Positions 19,302-29,434 of a DNA stretch of 57,308 nt are shown piece after piece. The notes below the pieces were generated by a model that was not told the origin of the DNA, ran no database searches, and saw only the letters and a program-made list of their open reading frames with translations. How positions within the stretch are numbered: position 1 is the stretch's first letter; each line of letters begins with the position of its first letter. Source of the DNA: Clostridia bacterium (GTDB lineage Bacteria > UBA6262 > WVXT01); contig WJOT01000043.1 of assembly GCA_009619095.1 (NCBI GenBank), positions 1-57,308 on the forward strand, given 5' to 3'. The translations under genes and the position numbers were made by a program.

Positions 19302-20264
19302 GTGGGAAGTATTGAAGAAGCAAAAAAGGTCTTAAAAATTGAAGCCAGAACTATAAAGAATCTTATCTCCACTATTGACCGTAATTTTGAAAAGGCTGTG
19401 GAAATAATAGCTTCCTGTAAGGGGAGAATTATAGTTATGGGCATGGGAAAGTCGGGATTGATCGGGAAAAAGATTGCAGCTACCCTGGCCTCTACAGGCA
19501 CTCCTGCATTTTTCCTCCACCCCGCAGAAGGGATTCTTGGTGACGTGGGAATGATGACTGAAGGAGACTTAGTTTTAGCTCTCTCACATAGTGGGGAGAC
19601 TGAAGAGATTGAGAAACTCTTGCCGCTGATAAGGAAAATGAATTTAAAGTTAATAACCATAACCGGAAAACCTAAATCGAAATTAGCAAAGAAAAGCGAT
19701 TTAGTCATTAATGTAAAAGTAGAAGAAGAAGCTTGCCCTTATAATCTTGTTCCTACAGCAAGCACAACAGCAATGTTAGCCATGGGCGATGCTTTAGCGA
19801 TTTCCCTGTTGAAAAGAAAGAAGTTCAAAAAAGAGGACTTTGCTCGTCTCCATCCTGGTGGAATCCTGGGCAAAAGGTTACTCCTTAAGGTTAAAGACAT
19901 AATGAGAAAAGGCAAAGATAATCCTGTAATCCATCAGGAAAAGACAGTTAGAGAAGCGTTATTAGTAATGACTAAAACGCGTCTCGGTGCAACGAGCGTC
20001 GTTGACGGTTCTGGTAAATTGGTGGGGTTCTTCACTGATGGGGATTTGCGACGTAGATTGCAGAAAGATGAAAAAATTCTAAACAAGAAAATTCATACCG
20101 TAATGACCAAAAATCCAAAGACTATTACCCATGACATACTGGCTATAGAGGCAGCAAAAATGATGCAGGAGAAGAAGTTCGATAATATACCTGTAATAGA
20201 TGGCAAGAACTATCCCATAGGAATTGTAGACGAGAGGGACCTTCTTTCCGAAGGCATTCTTTAA
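19302..20264 (+). CDS. kdsD: Arabinose-5-phosphate isomerase (KpsF/GutQ, SIS+CBS)
   Basis: GMGKSG, STGTPA, SHSGET, PTASTT, HPGG, TDGDLRR; start moved to GTG 19302 because the upstream ORF part is a palindromic repeat (19264-19295). Confidence 0.95.
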   Translation: MGSIEEAKKVLKIEARTIKNLISTIDRNFEKAVEIIASCKGRIIVMGMGKSGLIGKKIAATLASTGTPAFFLHPAEGILGDVGMMTEGDLVLALSHSGETEEIEKLLPLIRKMNLKLITITGKPKSKLAKKSDLVINVKVEEEACPYNLVPTASTTAMLAMGDALAISLLKRKKFKKEDFARLHPGGILGKRLLLKVKDIMRKGKDNPVIHQEKTVREALLVMTKTRLGATSVVDGSGKLVGFFTDGDLRRRLQKDEKILNKKIHTVMTKNPKTITHDILAIEAAKMMQEKKFDNIPVIDGKNYPIGIVDERDLLSEGIL

Positions 20265-20319
20265 GGAGTAGCTTCGATTCATCGGAGCGTTTAGGAGTAG
20301 CAGACTTTAGTCTGCGTTT
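20265..20319. repeat. Two tandem GGAGTAGC-type REP hairpins
   Basis: ggagtagcttcgattcatcggagcgttt and ggagtagcagactttagtctgcgttt. Confidence 0.75.
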
Positions 20320-20333
20320 TGAGGTATGGCGAA

Positions 20334-20867
20334 ATGGATGAAAAAATCAAAGCAAAAGCCCAAAATATAGAGATGATAGGGATGGACATTGATGGTGTGC
20401 TCACCCCGGGCGATATTGTAATTATGGAGTCTGGAGAGGAGATAAAGAGCTGGAACGTTAAAGACCGTCTGGGGTTTAATCTTGCTCGCCGTGCAGGAAA
20501 TTTGAGATTTGCCTGGATCTCCGGAAGAGGTTGTAAACAGGTGGAACAGAGAGTAGAGGATTTAAGGATAGAAGCCGTTCGTCTTAAAAGACTGGACAAA
20601 GGTAAAGCCCTTGAAGAGATTTTGCAAGAATTTAAGCTTAAGACGGAAAACTTTGCCTACATTGGAGACGACCTTGTGGACATACCGGTTCTGAAGAGGG
20701 CAGGACTATCTTTCTGTCCGAAAGATGCGCCAGAAGAGGTAAAACGGGTAGTAGATTGTGTAACCCAAACAGAAGGTGGTCGGGGTGTCTTGCGGGAAGT
20801 GGTTGAGCTGATACTGAAATTACAGGGGAAATGGGAAAAAGCTACTGGAGAGTATTGTAATAAATGA
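20334..20867 (+). CDS. kdsC: KDO8P phosphatase (HAD IIIA)
   Basis: DIDGVLT, ISGR, YIGDDLVD, GGRGVLRE. Confidence 0.93.
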   Translation: MDEKIKAKAQNIEMIGMDIDGVLTPGDIVIMESGEEIKSWNVKDRLGFNLARRAGNLRFAWISGRGCKQVEQRVEDLRIEAVRLKRLDKGKALEEILQEFKLKTENFAYIGDDLVDIPVLKRAGLSFCPKDAPEEVKRVVDCVTQTEGGRGVLREVVELILKLQGKWEKATGEYCNK

Positions 20868-21418
20868 ACAATAACATTATGGTGAAGAAGAATTTTTTCT
20901 GGGTATTTACTTTTCTCATTATTGTTAGTTTATCAAGTTGTGGAAAAGAGAAATCCGAAAAACCAAAAATTTCTGACAAAAAATCTTTTCCTGACCAGGC
21001 CATAGAAAATTTTACCCTCACCCACACAAATCAGGGAGAGAAGGAGTGGGAGTTGGAGGCAGATAGAGCGGAAATTTATAAGAAAGAAGGAAGGACAATT
21101 GTACAGAAACTCAAAATTAGGTTTTATGACCAGGGGAAAATTACTTCTATTCTAACTGCCAGGGAAGGGGAACTTCGTTCTCCATCAGGCGATATGGAAG
21201 TGAGGGGAGACGTAGTAGTTATTTCTGAAAAAGAAGGAATAACGTTAAAGACAGAAAGCCTGAAGTGGGATACCCAGCGAAAGAAAATAGTTACTGATGG
21301 TTTTGTTCGCCAGGAAAAGGGTGACACAATAATCACCGGGCAGGGATTAGAGTCAGATCCAGAGTTGGAGAAAATTGTTATAAAAAAGAACGTAAAAGTA
21401 ATCCATAAATCACCATAA
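20864..21418 (+). CDS. lptC: LPS export protein LptC
   Basis: N-terminal anchor, WELEADRA, LKTESLKW, GQGLESD; lies between kdsC and lptA. Confidence 0.88.
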   Translation: MNNNIMVKKNFFWVFTFLIIVSLSSCGKEKSEKPKISDKKSFPDQAIENFTLTHTNQGEKEWELEADRAEIYKKEGRTIVQKLKIRFYDQGKITSILTAREGELRSPSGDMEVRGDVVVISEKEGITLKTESLKWDTQRKKIVTDGFVRQEKGDTIITGQGLESDPELEKIVIKKNVKVIHKSP

Positions 21419-21422
21419 TAAC

Positions 21423-22082
21423 ATGAAAAAGAGTATTCTACTTTTTTTGCCATTCATTTTTGTAAGCGCAGTTTTTGCTGAGAAGCCCAAACAGCCAGTG
21501 AATATTACAGGGGAGAGGATGGAAGTATTGAGAAGGGGGGAAATTACCCGTTTTCTTGGAAACGTAAAATTGGTTAGGGGAAAAGATGTAATAACTTCCG
21601 ATATAATGGAACATTATGAGAAAAAGAACTATATAGTAGGAGAAGGGAATGTCCATCTTATAGCCTATCCAGAAGAATCTATAAAAATGGAAGCCTTTTC
21701 TGACCGATTAACTTACAATGTGGACAGCAAGAAAAGTACTTTAACTGGCAATCCAGAGCTCATCCGAATTGATGAGGAGAACCCCGAAGACAGAATAAAA
21801 TTGGAAGGAGAAGTAATAAAGTTATTGGACAATGGGAAAAAAGTTCATGTACAGGGTGATGCCAGGGTAGAACACGGAGAAATAACGGCTACAGGTGAGA
21901 TTCTTGACTACGATTATGAAATAAAAAAAATTGTTCTATCCGGAGGTTCTCCCTGTATTTACCAGGATAACGAACAAGCAAAGGCTAACTACTCGGCAGA
22001 AATCATTACTATATTTATCGATGAACAAAGAATCATTATGGAAGGAAATGTAAAGGCATCTATCTACCCCAAAAACTGGTAG
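21423..22082 (+). CDS. lptA: LptA/OstA family LPS transport protein
   Basis: Signal peptide, repeated beta-jellyroll GNV motifs; between lptC and lptB. Confidence 0.8.
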   Translation: MKKSILLFLPFIFVSAVFAEKPKQPVNITGERMEVLRRGEITRFLGNVKLVRGKDVITSDIMEHYEKKNYIVGEGNVHLIAYPEESIKMEAFSDRLTYNVDSKKSTLTGNPELIRIDEENPEDRIKLEGEVIKLLDNGKKVHVQGDARVEHGEITATGEILDYDYEIKKIVLSGGSPCIYQDNEQAKANYSAEIITIFIDEQRIIMEGNVKASIYPKNW

Positions 22083-22177
22083 TGTAGCCCTTTATGGGCG
22101 CCCCGATTTATCGGGGCGGGCATAAAGCTCCTGGGCGACCATCCCGATGTATCGGGATAAATTGCGGTCGCCCCTAC
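22078..22177. repeat. REP cluster with two nested CCCGAT-ATCGGG hairpins
   Basis: gtagtgtagccctttatgggc-gccccgatttatcggggc (22100-22117); gggcgacc-atcccgatgtatcgggat (22141-22158)-..ggtcgcccctac. Confidence 0.8.
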
Positions 22178-22208
22178 GCGACCAAATATTTCTATTGAAT
22201 GGTGGAAA

Positions 22209-22928
22209 ATGAGCTTATTAGCAAGTGGTCTGGTTAAAACATATTCACATCGCAAAATTGTTGATGATGTAGAAATAGAAATAAACCCGGGTGAAATTGT
22301 AGGTCTGCTTGGTCCAAACGGGGCTGGTAAAACAACTACCTTTTATATGATTGTGGGCCTCCTTCGTCCCGACAAAGGCAGGATATTCTTGGAGGGAAGG
22401 GACATAACAGAGTTACCGATGTATAAGCGAGCTAGGCAAGGGATTGGTTATTTATCCCAGGAACCTTCCATATTCAGGCGACTTTCAGTCAGGAAAAACA
22501 TAGAGGCTATTTTGGAAACAACCAAACTAACTCAGTCCGAAAAGAAAGAAAAATTGAAAAGTCTACTTCGAGAGTTGGGAGTGGAACATTTAGCAGAAAA
22601 TAAGGCCTGCTTACTATCCGGAGGAGAAAAGAGAAGGGTAGAGATTTCCCGAGCCCTGGTAATCACTCCTCAATACATTCTTTTGGATGAACCATTTGTA
22701 GGCATTGATCCCATAACCACTGTGGAAATTCAACAGATTGTTGCCCGGCTCAAAAATAATGGATTGGGAGTGCTGATTACAGACCATAATGTTAGAGAGA
22801 CACTGGAAATCATCGATAGAGCCTATATTATGTATGAGGGAAGAATTTTGCTCTCGGGAACTGCTAAAGAGTTGTTGGAATCAGAAGAAGCGCGCAAAGT
22901 TTACTTAGGCGAAAAATTCAAGATGTAA
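22209..22928 (+). CDS. lptB: LPS export ABC transporter ATP-binding protein
   Basis: [44 protein letters not shown]. Confidence 0.97.
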   Translation: MSLLASGLVKTYSHRKIVDDVEIEINPGEIVGLLGPNGAGKTTTFYMIVGLLRPDKGRIFLEGRDITELPMYKRARQGIGYLSQEPSIFRRLSVRKNIEAILETTKLTQSEKKEKLKSLLRELGVEHLAENKACLLSGGEKRRVEISRALVITPQYILLDEPFVGIDPITTVEIQQIVARLKNNGLGVLITDHNVRETLEIIDRAYIMYEGRILLSGTAKELLESEEARKVYLGEKFKM

Positions 22929-22932
22929 AAAC

Positions 22933-23026
22933 GTAGTCGCTCCGATTCATCGGAGCGTCTTAGGAGTAGAAAATTGGAGTAGCACTGCTTGCGGTGCGTT
23001 AACGCGAAACAAGTTTCGCTACTCCA
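22933..23026. repeat. REP cluster (GTAG/GGAGTAGC families)
   Basis: cgctccgattcatcggagcg (22938-22957); inverted doublet tggagtagc...gctactcca (22975-23026). Confidence 0.75.
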
Positions 23027-23040
23027 GAAAATTCTGGTAA

Positions 23041-23069
23041 TTGACAAAATTATTAAAATGTAGTTTAAT
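23041..23069 (+). promoter_or_regulatory. Sigma70-type promoter for the PTS cluster
   Basis: TTGACA-17bp-TTTAAT upstream of ptsN. Confidence 0.6.
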
Positions 23070-23121
23070 TATAAAGCAAAAATAATGAAAAAAAGACCAT
23101 TTTGCATAAGAGGAGAAAAAG

Positions 23122-23586
23122 ATGAAGATTATGGGGTTTCTTTGCAAAGATGCCATTGAAGTAGATTTACAAGCAATCAAAAAGAAAGAGACGCTGAAAG
23201 AGTTAATTGATAAGTTGGTGGTTGCCAAGAGGATAAAAGAAAATGCAAAAGAAAAAATACTTCAGGCTCTATTGGATAGAGAAAAATTAGGTTCCACCGG
23301 GATTGGACAGGGGGTAGCAATTCCCCATGCTAAAACAGATAAAGTAACAGAAATCATCTGTGCATTTGCCACATCCAGAAAGGGAATAGAATTTGATGCT
23401 TTAGATGGAGAAAAGGTATATATAATTTTTCTCCTGATCGCTCCCCAAGACTCGGCAGGGATGCATCTGAAAGTATTGGCAAAAATATCCCGGCTTCTTA
23501 AGGATAAGTTCTTTCGCCAGGCACTACGAGAAGCAAAAGCCCCAAGTGAAGTAGTTAAAATTATCAAGGAAGAAGATGTATATTAG
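23122..23586 (+). CDS. ptsN: PTS EIIA (Ntr/fructose-type)
   Basis: REKLGSTGIGQGVAIPHAK, FDALDG, HLKVLAKISR. Confidence 0.88.
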   Translation: MKIMGFLCKDAIEVDLQAIKKKETLKELIDKLVVAKRIKENAKEKILQALLDREKLGSTGIGQGVAIPHAKTDKVTEIICAFATSRKGIEFDALDGEKVYIIFLLIAPQDSAGMHLKVLAKISRLLKDKFFRQALREAKAPSEVVKIIKEEDVY

Positions 23587-23622
23587 TTAGTGCAATGGTG
23601 AACAAATAAGAGGTCAATCACA

Positions 23623-24567
23623 ATGGTAAAGCTTCTGGTTGAAGAATTACTTAAACAGAAAAAGGCAGAGTTAGATTTGCAGCTTGTGGCTGGAAAGGAA
23701 GGTTTAAATCGGAAAATAACCAGCTGGGAAGTTCATCGTCTTGGCCTTGCGTTATCTGGCGAGGCAGATATTTTACCTCCTGGTCAACTCCAGATTTTAG
23801 ACCGGGAAGAACTAGATTATTTAAAGAAGTTAGACATCAAGGGAAAAGCCACTGTGTTAAGCGGGATTTTCTCCAAGGGAATCCCATGTTTTATTGTTAC
23901 CAGCAATTTTGCTCCTCCTAAAGAATTTATAAAAATGGCGCAGAAAGCGAAAATTCCGGTCTTTAGAACCTCCATTTCTATTTCTACATTCGTAAATCGC
24001 CTTTCGCCTTTTTTAGAGGATAGACTTACACTCACTAAATCTGTTCAAGGAGTGATGGTTGAAGTTTACGGTCTTGGGATTTTGATATTAGGAGTGACTG
24101 GCATTGGCAAAAGCGAGTGTGCCCTAGAACTTATCGATAGAGGACATCGTTTAATTGCTGGAGAAGTAGTAGAAATTAAACAGCGTAGGAGCAACATTCT
24201 TATTGGCTTTGCCAAGGAACCGATCCGCTACTATTTAGAAGTCCAAGGACTGGGAATAATAGATGTTGAAAAATTGTTTGGAGCAAGTGCGGTAAGAAAT
24301 TCGGCAAAAATTGATCTGGTAATTAGACTTGAAGAGTGGGACAAAACCAAAGAGTACGAACTACTTGGTTTCGACCAGAAATATACAACGATTCTGGAAG
24401 TTAATGTTCCGGAATTAGTAATCCCGATTCGTCCTGGAAGGAACATAGCGAGTATTATTGAGGTAGCAGCTATGAATCAGCGACTAAGAAGAGAGGGATA
24501 TTCCGCAATTAGTGAGTTGGATAAGGAAATAATAAAAATCACCCAGCGAAAGAGGGAAAAAAAATAG
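23623..24567 (+). CDS. hprK: HPr(Ser) kinase/phosphorylase homolog with divergent active site
   Basis: GVTGIGKSECALELIDRGHRL, LEVQGLGII, PIRPGRN, IEVAAMN; canonical ADD is AGE here. Confidence 0.9.
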   Translation: MVKLLVEELLKQKKAELDLQLVAGKEGLNRKITSWEVHRLGLALSGEADILPPGQLQILDREELDYLKKLDIKGKATVLSGIFSKGIPCFIVTSNFAPPKEFIKMAQKAKIPVFRTSISISTFVNRLSPFLEDRLTLTKSVQGVMVEVYGLGILILGVTGIGKSECALELIDRGHRLIAGEVVEIKQRRSNILIGFAKEPIRYYLEVQGLGIIDVEKLFGASAVRNSAKIDLVIRLEEWDKTKEYELLGFDQKYTTILEVNVPELVIPIRPGRNIASIIEVAAMNQRLRREGYSAISELDKEIIKITQRKREKK

Positions 24568-24627
24568 GCACAATTTTCCCGATTGAAAATCGGGATGCAG
24601 AATGTAGCCGCAGAGCGAAGCTCTGCT
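24565..24627. repeat. Nested REP cluster overlapping the hprK stop
   Basis: taggcacaatt-tcccgattgaaaatcggga (24577-24595)-tgca; gtagccgcagagcgaagctctgc. Confidence 0.75.
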
Positions 24628-24661
24628 TCAATCCTCCCCAGAGGAAGGAAAATAGAAATAT

Positions 24662-25531
24662 ATGGCCAAGGGTAACTTTGTCATAATAACAGGGCTTTCA
24701 GGAGCAGGGAAAAGTACAGCCTTAAAGAATTTTGAGGACTTGGGATATTTCTGCGTAGATAATTTACCTACTACCCTGATACCTAAATTTGCTGAAATTT
24801 GTTTACAGTTGAAGTATAAAATAAAGAAAGTCGCTTTAGGCATTGACATTCGAGAAGGAGACTTTTTAGATGACCTTTTTAGTTCATTAGAAGAACTCGG
24901 TAAAATGGGATTCAGCCACCAGATTCTCTTTTTAGAAGCCAGTAATTCTGTCCTGGTGAGAAGATATAGTGAAACGCGCAGGAAACATCCCCTGGATAAG
25001 GAAGGAAGAAGTATACTTGAGGTTATCATCAAAGAGAGAAAGAGACTTATGGGAATAAAAGAACGAGCTGATAAGATCATTGATACTACAACTCTCACGC
25101 CTCAGGAGTTTAAGCAAGTGGTCTTTTCTAGTTTCAGAGAGGTACCGGAACTGGATACGATGAATGTCAGCCTAGTTGCTTTTGGCTATAAATATGGTAT
25201 CCCGGTTGACGCCGATCTGGTAATCGACACTCGTTTTCTACCTAATCCCCATTATATAGAAAAACTGAGACCATTAACCGGAAACAATCCAGAAGTTTCC
25301 CGATTTGTTTTGAAATCCTCTGTTACCCAGAAGTTTTTGAGGAAATATTCTGGGTTGTTGAAATTTCTAATTCCTTACTATATTAGAGAAGGGAAATCTT
25401 ATTTGACCATAGCTGTGGGGTGCACGGGAGGGCGCCATCGTTCAGTAATTGTTGTGAATGAATTGAATAAGTTTCTGGGAAAGAAGTACCCTGTTAAAAC
25501 TCAGTACCGTGACATTGAAAAATCGGCATAA
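24662..25531 (+). CDS. rapZ: RNase adapter RapZ (YvcJ family)
   Basis: GLSGAGKS, CVDNLP, RRYSETRRKHP, FGYKYG, RFLPNP, GCTGGRHRSV. Confidence 0.96.
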   Translation: MAKGNFVIITGLSGAGKSTALKNFEDLGYFCVDNLPTTLIPKFAEICLQLKYKIKKVALGIDIREGDFLDDLFSSLEELGKMGFSHQILFLEASNSVLVRRYSETRRKHPLDKEGRSILEVIIKERKRLMGIKERADKIIDTTTLTPQEFKQVVFSSFREVPELDTMNVSLVAFGYKYGIPVDADLVIDTRFLPNPHYIEKLRPLTGNNPEVSRFVLKSSVTQKFLRKYSGLLKFLIPYYIREGKSYLTIAVGCTGGRHRSVIVVNELNKFLGKKYPVKTQYRDIEKSA

Positions 25532-25575
25532 AAAAAGCATTATAGGAGTAGCTCCGATTTATCGGAGCGTATCAA

Positions 25576-26001
25576 ATGATTGGATTCATTATTATAACTC
25601 ACGGCGATTTTGGTCGGCAGTTAGTTAAAGCAGTGCAGGTTATTTTAGGAGAGCAGAAGGAAGTATGGGCATTATCTTTACATGAGAATGATGGGTTGGA
25701 CACATTAAGTGAAAAGGTAGGAAAGATACTAAAGGAAGGGAACGAACAATCGGAAGGGAAAATCATTTTCGTGGATATGTTTGGAGGTACACCGGCAAAC
25801 GCCAGCCTCAAGTTTGTTAATGATGAGAAAGTTGAAATTATTAGTGGAGTTAATTTGCCGATGCTAATTACTGGTATAAACTATCGTCAGGCTCTCCCTT
25901 TGAAAGAATTGACTCGTCTTATCCGCCAAAAGGGTGAACAGAGCATTCTTGATGTCAAACAGAAGTTTCTTGATAAAGTCTCAAAGGCGAAAAATAAATA
26001 A
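25576..26001 (+). CDS. PTS mannose/fructose/sorbose family EIIA
   Basis: ITHG (phospho-His), DMFGGTP, SGVNLPML. Confidence 0.92.
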   Translation: MIGFIIITHGDFGRQLVKAVQVILGEQKEVWALSLHENDGLDTLSEKVGKILKEGNEQSEGKIIFVDMFGGTPANASLKFVNDEKVEIISGVNLPMLITGINYRQALPLKELTRLIRQKGEQSILDVKQKFLDKVSKAKNK

Positions 26002-26489
26002 TGGGCATGGTTCTAGTGCGAATTGATGACCGGTTAATTCACGGTCAAGTAGTTGAAAACTGGATGAAATTCCTGAAAATTAATCATGTGATTGTAGTCA
26101 ACGACTTTGTTGCCAATGACCGAATGCAAAAAACCCTGTTTTCAATGGCAGTTCCAGACCACGCCAAGATATCCATTTTGACTATAACTCAAGCGAAAGA
26201 GGCGATACTGAATGGTCAATTTGAAGGGGATAAGACGATGCTTCTTCTCGTCTCACCCCAGGATGTTCTGAATTTAATCAATAAAGGAGTGAGAATAAAA
26301 GAAGTAAATGTGGGGGGAATGCATTATTCTCCTGATAAGAGACAAATTCTCAAAGCTATTTCAGTCAGCAAAGAAGACATTCAAGCTTTTCAGGAACTGG
26401 ATAAACTTGGAGTCTACTTGGAAGCGAGAATGGTTCCTAATGATGAAAAGATTGATATAATGAAAATTATCAAGAGAGAAATAACGTAG
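26001..26489 (+). CDS. PTS mannose/fructose/sorbose family EIIB
   Basis: RIDDRLIHGQV, VNVGGM. Confidence 0.93.
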   Translation: MGMVLVRIDDRLIHGQVVENWMKFLKINHVIVVNDFVANDRMQKTLFSMAVPDHAKISILTITQAKEAILNGQFEGDKTMLLLVSPQDVLNLINKGVRIKEVNVGGMHYSPDKRQILKAISVSKEDIQAFQELDKLGVYLEARMVPNDEKIDIMKIIKREIT

Positions 26490-26549
26490 GAGTAGCAGAC
26501 TTTAGTCTGTGTACACAAATTTCAAGCCCCTCTGGGAAATCTTGAGAAT

Positions 26550-28730
26550 ATGAAAAAAATAAACTTCGCATTTGGTATTCATAACCATCAGCCAGTTGGT
26601 AATTTTGAAACCATTTTTGAGGAGGCTTACCAGAAGGCGTACCTTCCCTTCCTGGAAGTTCTGATAAAACATCCTGGCATAAAAGCGACTTTCCATTTTA
26701 GCGGTATCCTTCTGGAGTGGATTGTTAAACATCACCCAGAATTTATTTCAATGATAAAGAATCTTTTACAAACCGAGCAAATTGAACTTATGACCGGTGG
26801 CTACTATGAACCAATTTTAGCTATGTTATACGACCGTGATAGGATTGGTCAAATAATGAAATTGAGCAAATATATCAGGGACTTGTTTGATTACGAACCA
26901 AAAGGTATGTGGCTGGCAGAACGTGTCTGGGAGCCACATTTAGCAAAGTCAATTTCTCAGGCAGGTGTAGAATATACTGTCATTGACGATTTGCCTTTCA
27001 AATCTGCCGGGCTTTTTGAGGAACAACTTTTTGGGTATTATCTTACCGAGGAACAGGGTTATCCTCTCAAAGTTTTTCCTATTAGTGAAAAGCTACGATT
27101 TCTCATACCTTTCCATCCCGTAGAAGAAGTCATTAAGTATTTTAAATCCCAGGCAACGGAGAAAGAAGAGAGACTGGTAGTAATGGCTGATGACGGAGAG
27201 AAGTTTGGTATCTGGCCAGGCACCTATGAGCTAGCCTATAAACAGAATTGGCTTGAGCAGTTCTTTACCGAATTAGAAAGAAATAAAAAATGGATTAGAA
27301 CAGTTACTTTTTCCGAATGCATTGCCCAGTTTGAACCTAAAGGAAGAATATATCTTCCCACAGGTTCCTATTCCCAAATGATGGAATGGGTTTTACCCAC
27401 TAAGGCGAGAAAGGAATTTACTGATATCCAGAGGAAAGTTGAAAAATTGCCTCAGTCCGAACGATATGCAAGGTTTCTGAAAGGAGGCTTCTGGCGAAAC
27501 TTCTTTGTGAAATACACCGAGAGTAACTGGATGCAGAAGAAGATGCTGTTAGTTAGCAACAAGATTTTCAAAGCAGCTAAGAACATACACGCCTCGGAAA
27601 GAGGGAGTAATAAAAAAGGAAATGTAGAACTTCCAGATTGGTTGGGAAAAGCGAGGGATGAACTCTGGAAAGGCCAGTGCAATTGCGCTTACTGGCATGG
27701 CGTTTTCGGAGGACTCTATTTTCCCCATCTTAGAAAAGCGATTTATAAACATCTGATTAATGCAGAAAAAACTGTTGATGGTAAGAACCAAACAGGTTCT
27801 AAATGTATAGAAACAGAGGAATTCGATTTCGACCTGGATGGAAATCCAGAGGTTTTGGTCAGTACCCCCTTACTCAATGCCTACTTTAAACCATTTATGG
27901 GAGCATCTCTGTTCGAATTAGATTATAAGCCACAAAACTTAAATCTGCTAACTACTCTGACTCGAAGGAAAGAAGCTTACCACGAAGAGATTATTCGAGC
28001 CAGTCTCTTTGATTCTAAATCCGATATGGAAAATAAAAGTGTAAAATCAATTCATAATATGGAAAAAGTAAAAGACAAGAACTTGGTGAAATATCTTCAC
28101 TATGATTGGTATGAAAGGGCCTCCTTGGTAGACCATTTCTTACATCCTGATACAGAGATCTTTGATTTCTCAACTTGCCAGTATGGAGAACAGGGAGATT
28201 TCGTCGACCAATCTTATATGTATAGAATTGAACCGAGCGGAATAAACTTCGTTAGAGAAGGATTTGTCTGGGTAGGAGATTTTCAGCAACCCATAAAAGT
28301 GGAAAAGAAAATAACAGTATCAGCGAACTCGGCGGAAATTATCATTATTTATCAAATTGTCAATAAAGGAGAGAACCACGCAGAATTATGGTTCGGTTCT
28401 GAATTTAACTTCTCCTTTTCTTCATCAGAAGATAAAAAATGTTATTATTATGTTCCCGATAAAAAGGAGAAAAAAGATTTCTCTTCATTTGGAGAAATTT
28501 CTGATTTGAAGGAAATTGGTATGCACGACGAGCATTATGGAATAAATATAACTTTGGAATTCAACCCACATTGTTGTTTGTGGCATTTTCCCATAGAAAC
28601 AATCTCAGAAGGAGATGCAGCTTACGAGCGTATGTATCAACAATCAGTTGTATTTCCCCACTGGAAGTTAAATCTAAAACCCAAAGAGAAACAGACTATC
28701 ACTTTGAAATTAAAAATCACAGATATATGA
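26550..28730 (+). CDS. GH57 alpha-amylase/4-alpha-glucanotransferase (DUF1925/DUF1926 domains)
   Basis: HNHQPVGN, GGYYEPIL, WLAERVWE, DDGEKFGIWP, YWHGVFGGLY. Confidence 0.93.
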   Translation: MKKINFAFGIHNHQPVGNFETIFEEAYQKAYLPFLEVLIKHPGIKATFHFSGILLEWIVKHHPEFISMIKNLLQTEQIELMTGGYYEPILAMLYDRDRIGQIMKLSKYIRDLFDYEPKGMWLAERVWEPHLAKSISQAGVEYTVIDDLPFKSAGLFEEQLFGYYLTEEQGYPLKVFPISEKLRFLIPFHPVEEVIKYFKSQATEKEERLVVMADDGEKFGIWPGTYELAYKQNWLEQFFTELERNKKWIRTVTFSECIAQFEPKGRIYLPTGSYSQMMEWVLPTKARKEFTDIQRKVEKLPQSERYARFLKGGFWRNFFVKYTESNWMQKKMLLVSNKIFKAAKNIHASERGSNKKGNVELPDWLGKARDELWKGQCNCAYWHGVFGGLYFPHLRKAIYKHLINAEKTVDGKNQTGSKCIETEEFDFDLDGNPEVLVSTPLLNAYFKPFMGASLFELDYKPQNLNLLTTLTRRKEAYHEEIIRASLFDSKSDMENKSVKSIHNMEKVKDKNLVKYLHYDWYERASLVDHFLHPDTEIFDFSTCQYGEQGDFVDQSYMYRIEPSGINFVREGFVWVGDFQQPIKVEKKITVSANSAEIIIIYQIVNKGENHAELWFGSEFNFSFSSSEDKKCYYYVPDKKEKKDFSSFGEISDLKEIGMHDEHYGINITLEFNPHCCLWHFPIETISEGDAAYERMYQQSVVFPHWKLNLKPKEKQTITLKLKITDI

Positions 28731-28780
28731 TTTAGCCCAGGTGTTTGAACCTGTCAATATATCTACGTTGGACCGTTCTA

Positions 28781-29419
28781 ATGATTGTTGAAATCCTTGT
28801 AGTTAGTTTTATTGGAGGATTGTTAAGTTTAGATGTAAGTGCTTGGGGACAAATAATGGTCTGCCGGCCTATTGTCTGTGGACCCCTCATAGGTTTATTA
28901 TTAGGAGACCTCAAGACAGGACTCATTATTGGTGTTCTTTTAGAACTCATTTGGATAAATGTGATATCTATGGGTGCAGCTATTCCTCCTGATGCAACAA
29001 TAGTAGCAGTAACTTGCACAACTCTGATAATGTTGACCGAGAGAATGCTCCCCCTGGGTAATAATTTTCAGGGTTCTTACAGAATAATCGTCCTGGCACT
29101 TACGATGCCTCTGGGAGAAATTTTTACGCGCATAGATATTAAGCAAAGAAAACTAAATGCACATTTCGTGCACTACTTAGATCGAGAAATCCCCAAAGGT
29201 AATTTAAAAGCCTTAGGAAAAGTTAATTATTTTAGCTTATTTCTGTTTTTTCTTAAAGGATTCCTTTTCTCTCTGATTGCAATTAGTGCAGGAGTATATT
29301 TTCTGCCCAAATTATTTTCCTGTTTACCGTATGGCATATTGACAGGTCTGAATTTTGCATATAGGCTGTTACCTGCTCTGGGTTTAGCAATAGCTTTTAA
29401 TACCTTCAGAGATTTATAG
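28781..29419 (+). CDS. PTS mannose/fructose/sorbose family EIIC
   Basis: QIMVCRPIV, LELIW, GAAIPPD, LPALG; start uncertain (28745-28781). Confidence 0.88.
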   Translation: MIVEILVVSFIGGLLSLDVSAWGQIMVCRPIVCGPLIGLLLGDLKTGLIIGVLLELIWINVISMGAAIPPDATIVAVTCTTLIMLTERMLPLGNNFQGSYRIIVLALTMPLGEIFTRIDIKQRKLNAHFVHYLDREIPKGNLKALGKVNYFSLFLFFLKGFLFSLIAISAGVYFLPKLFSCLPYGILTGLNFAYRLLPALGLAIAFNTFRDL

Positions 29420-29434
29420 GTACAAATTTCCCGA

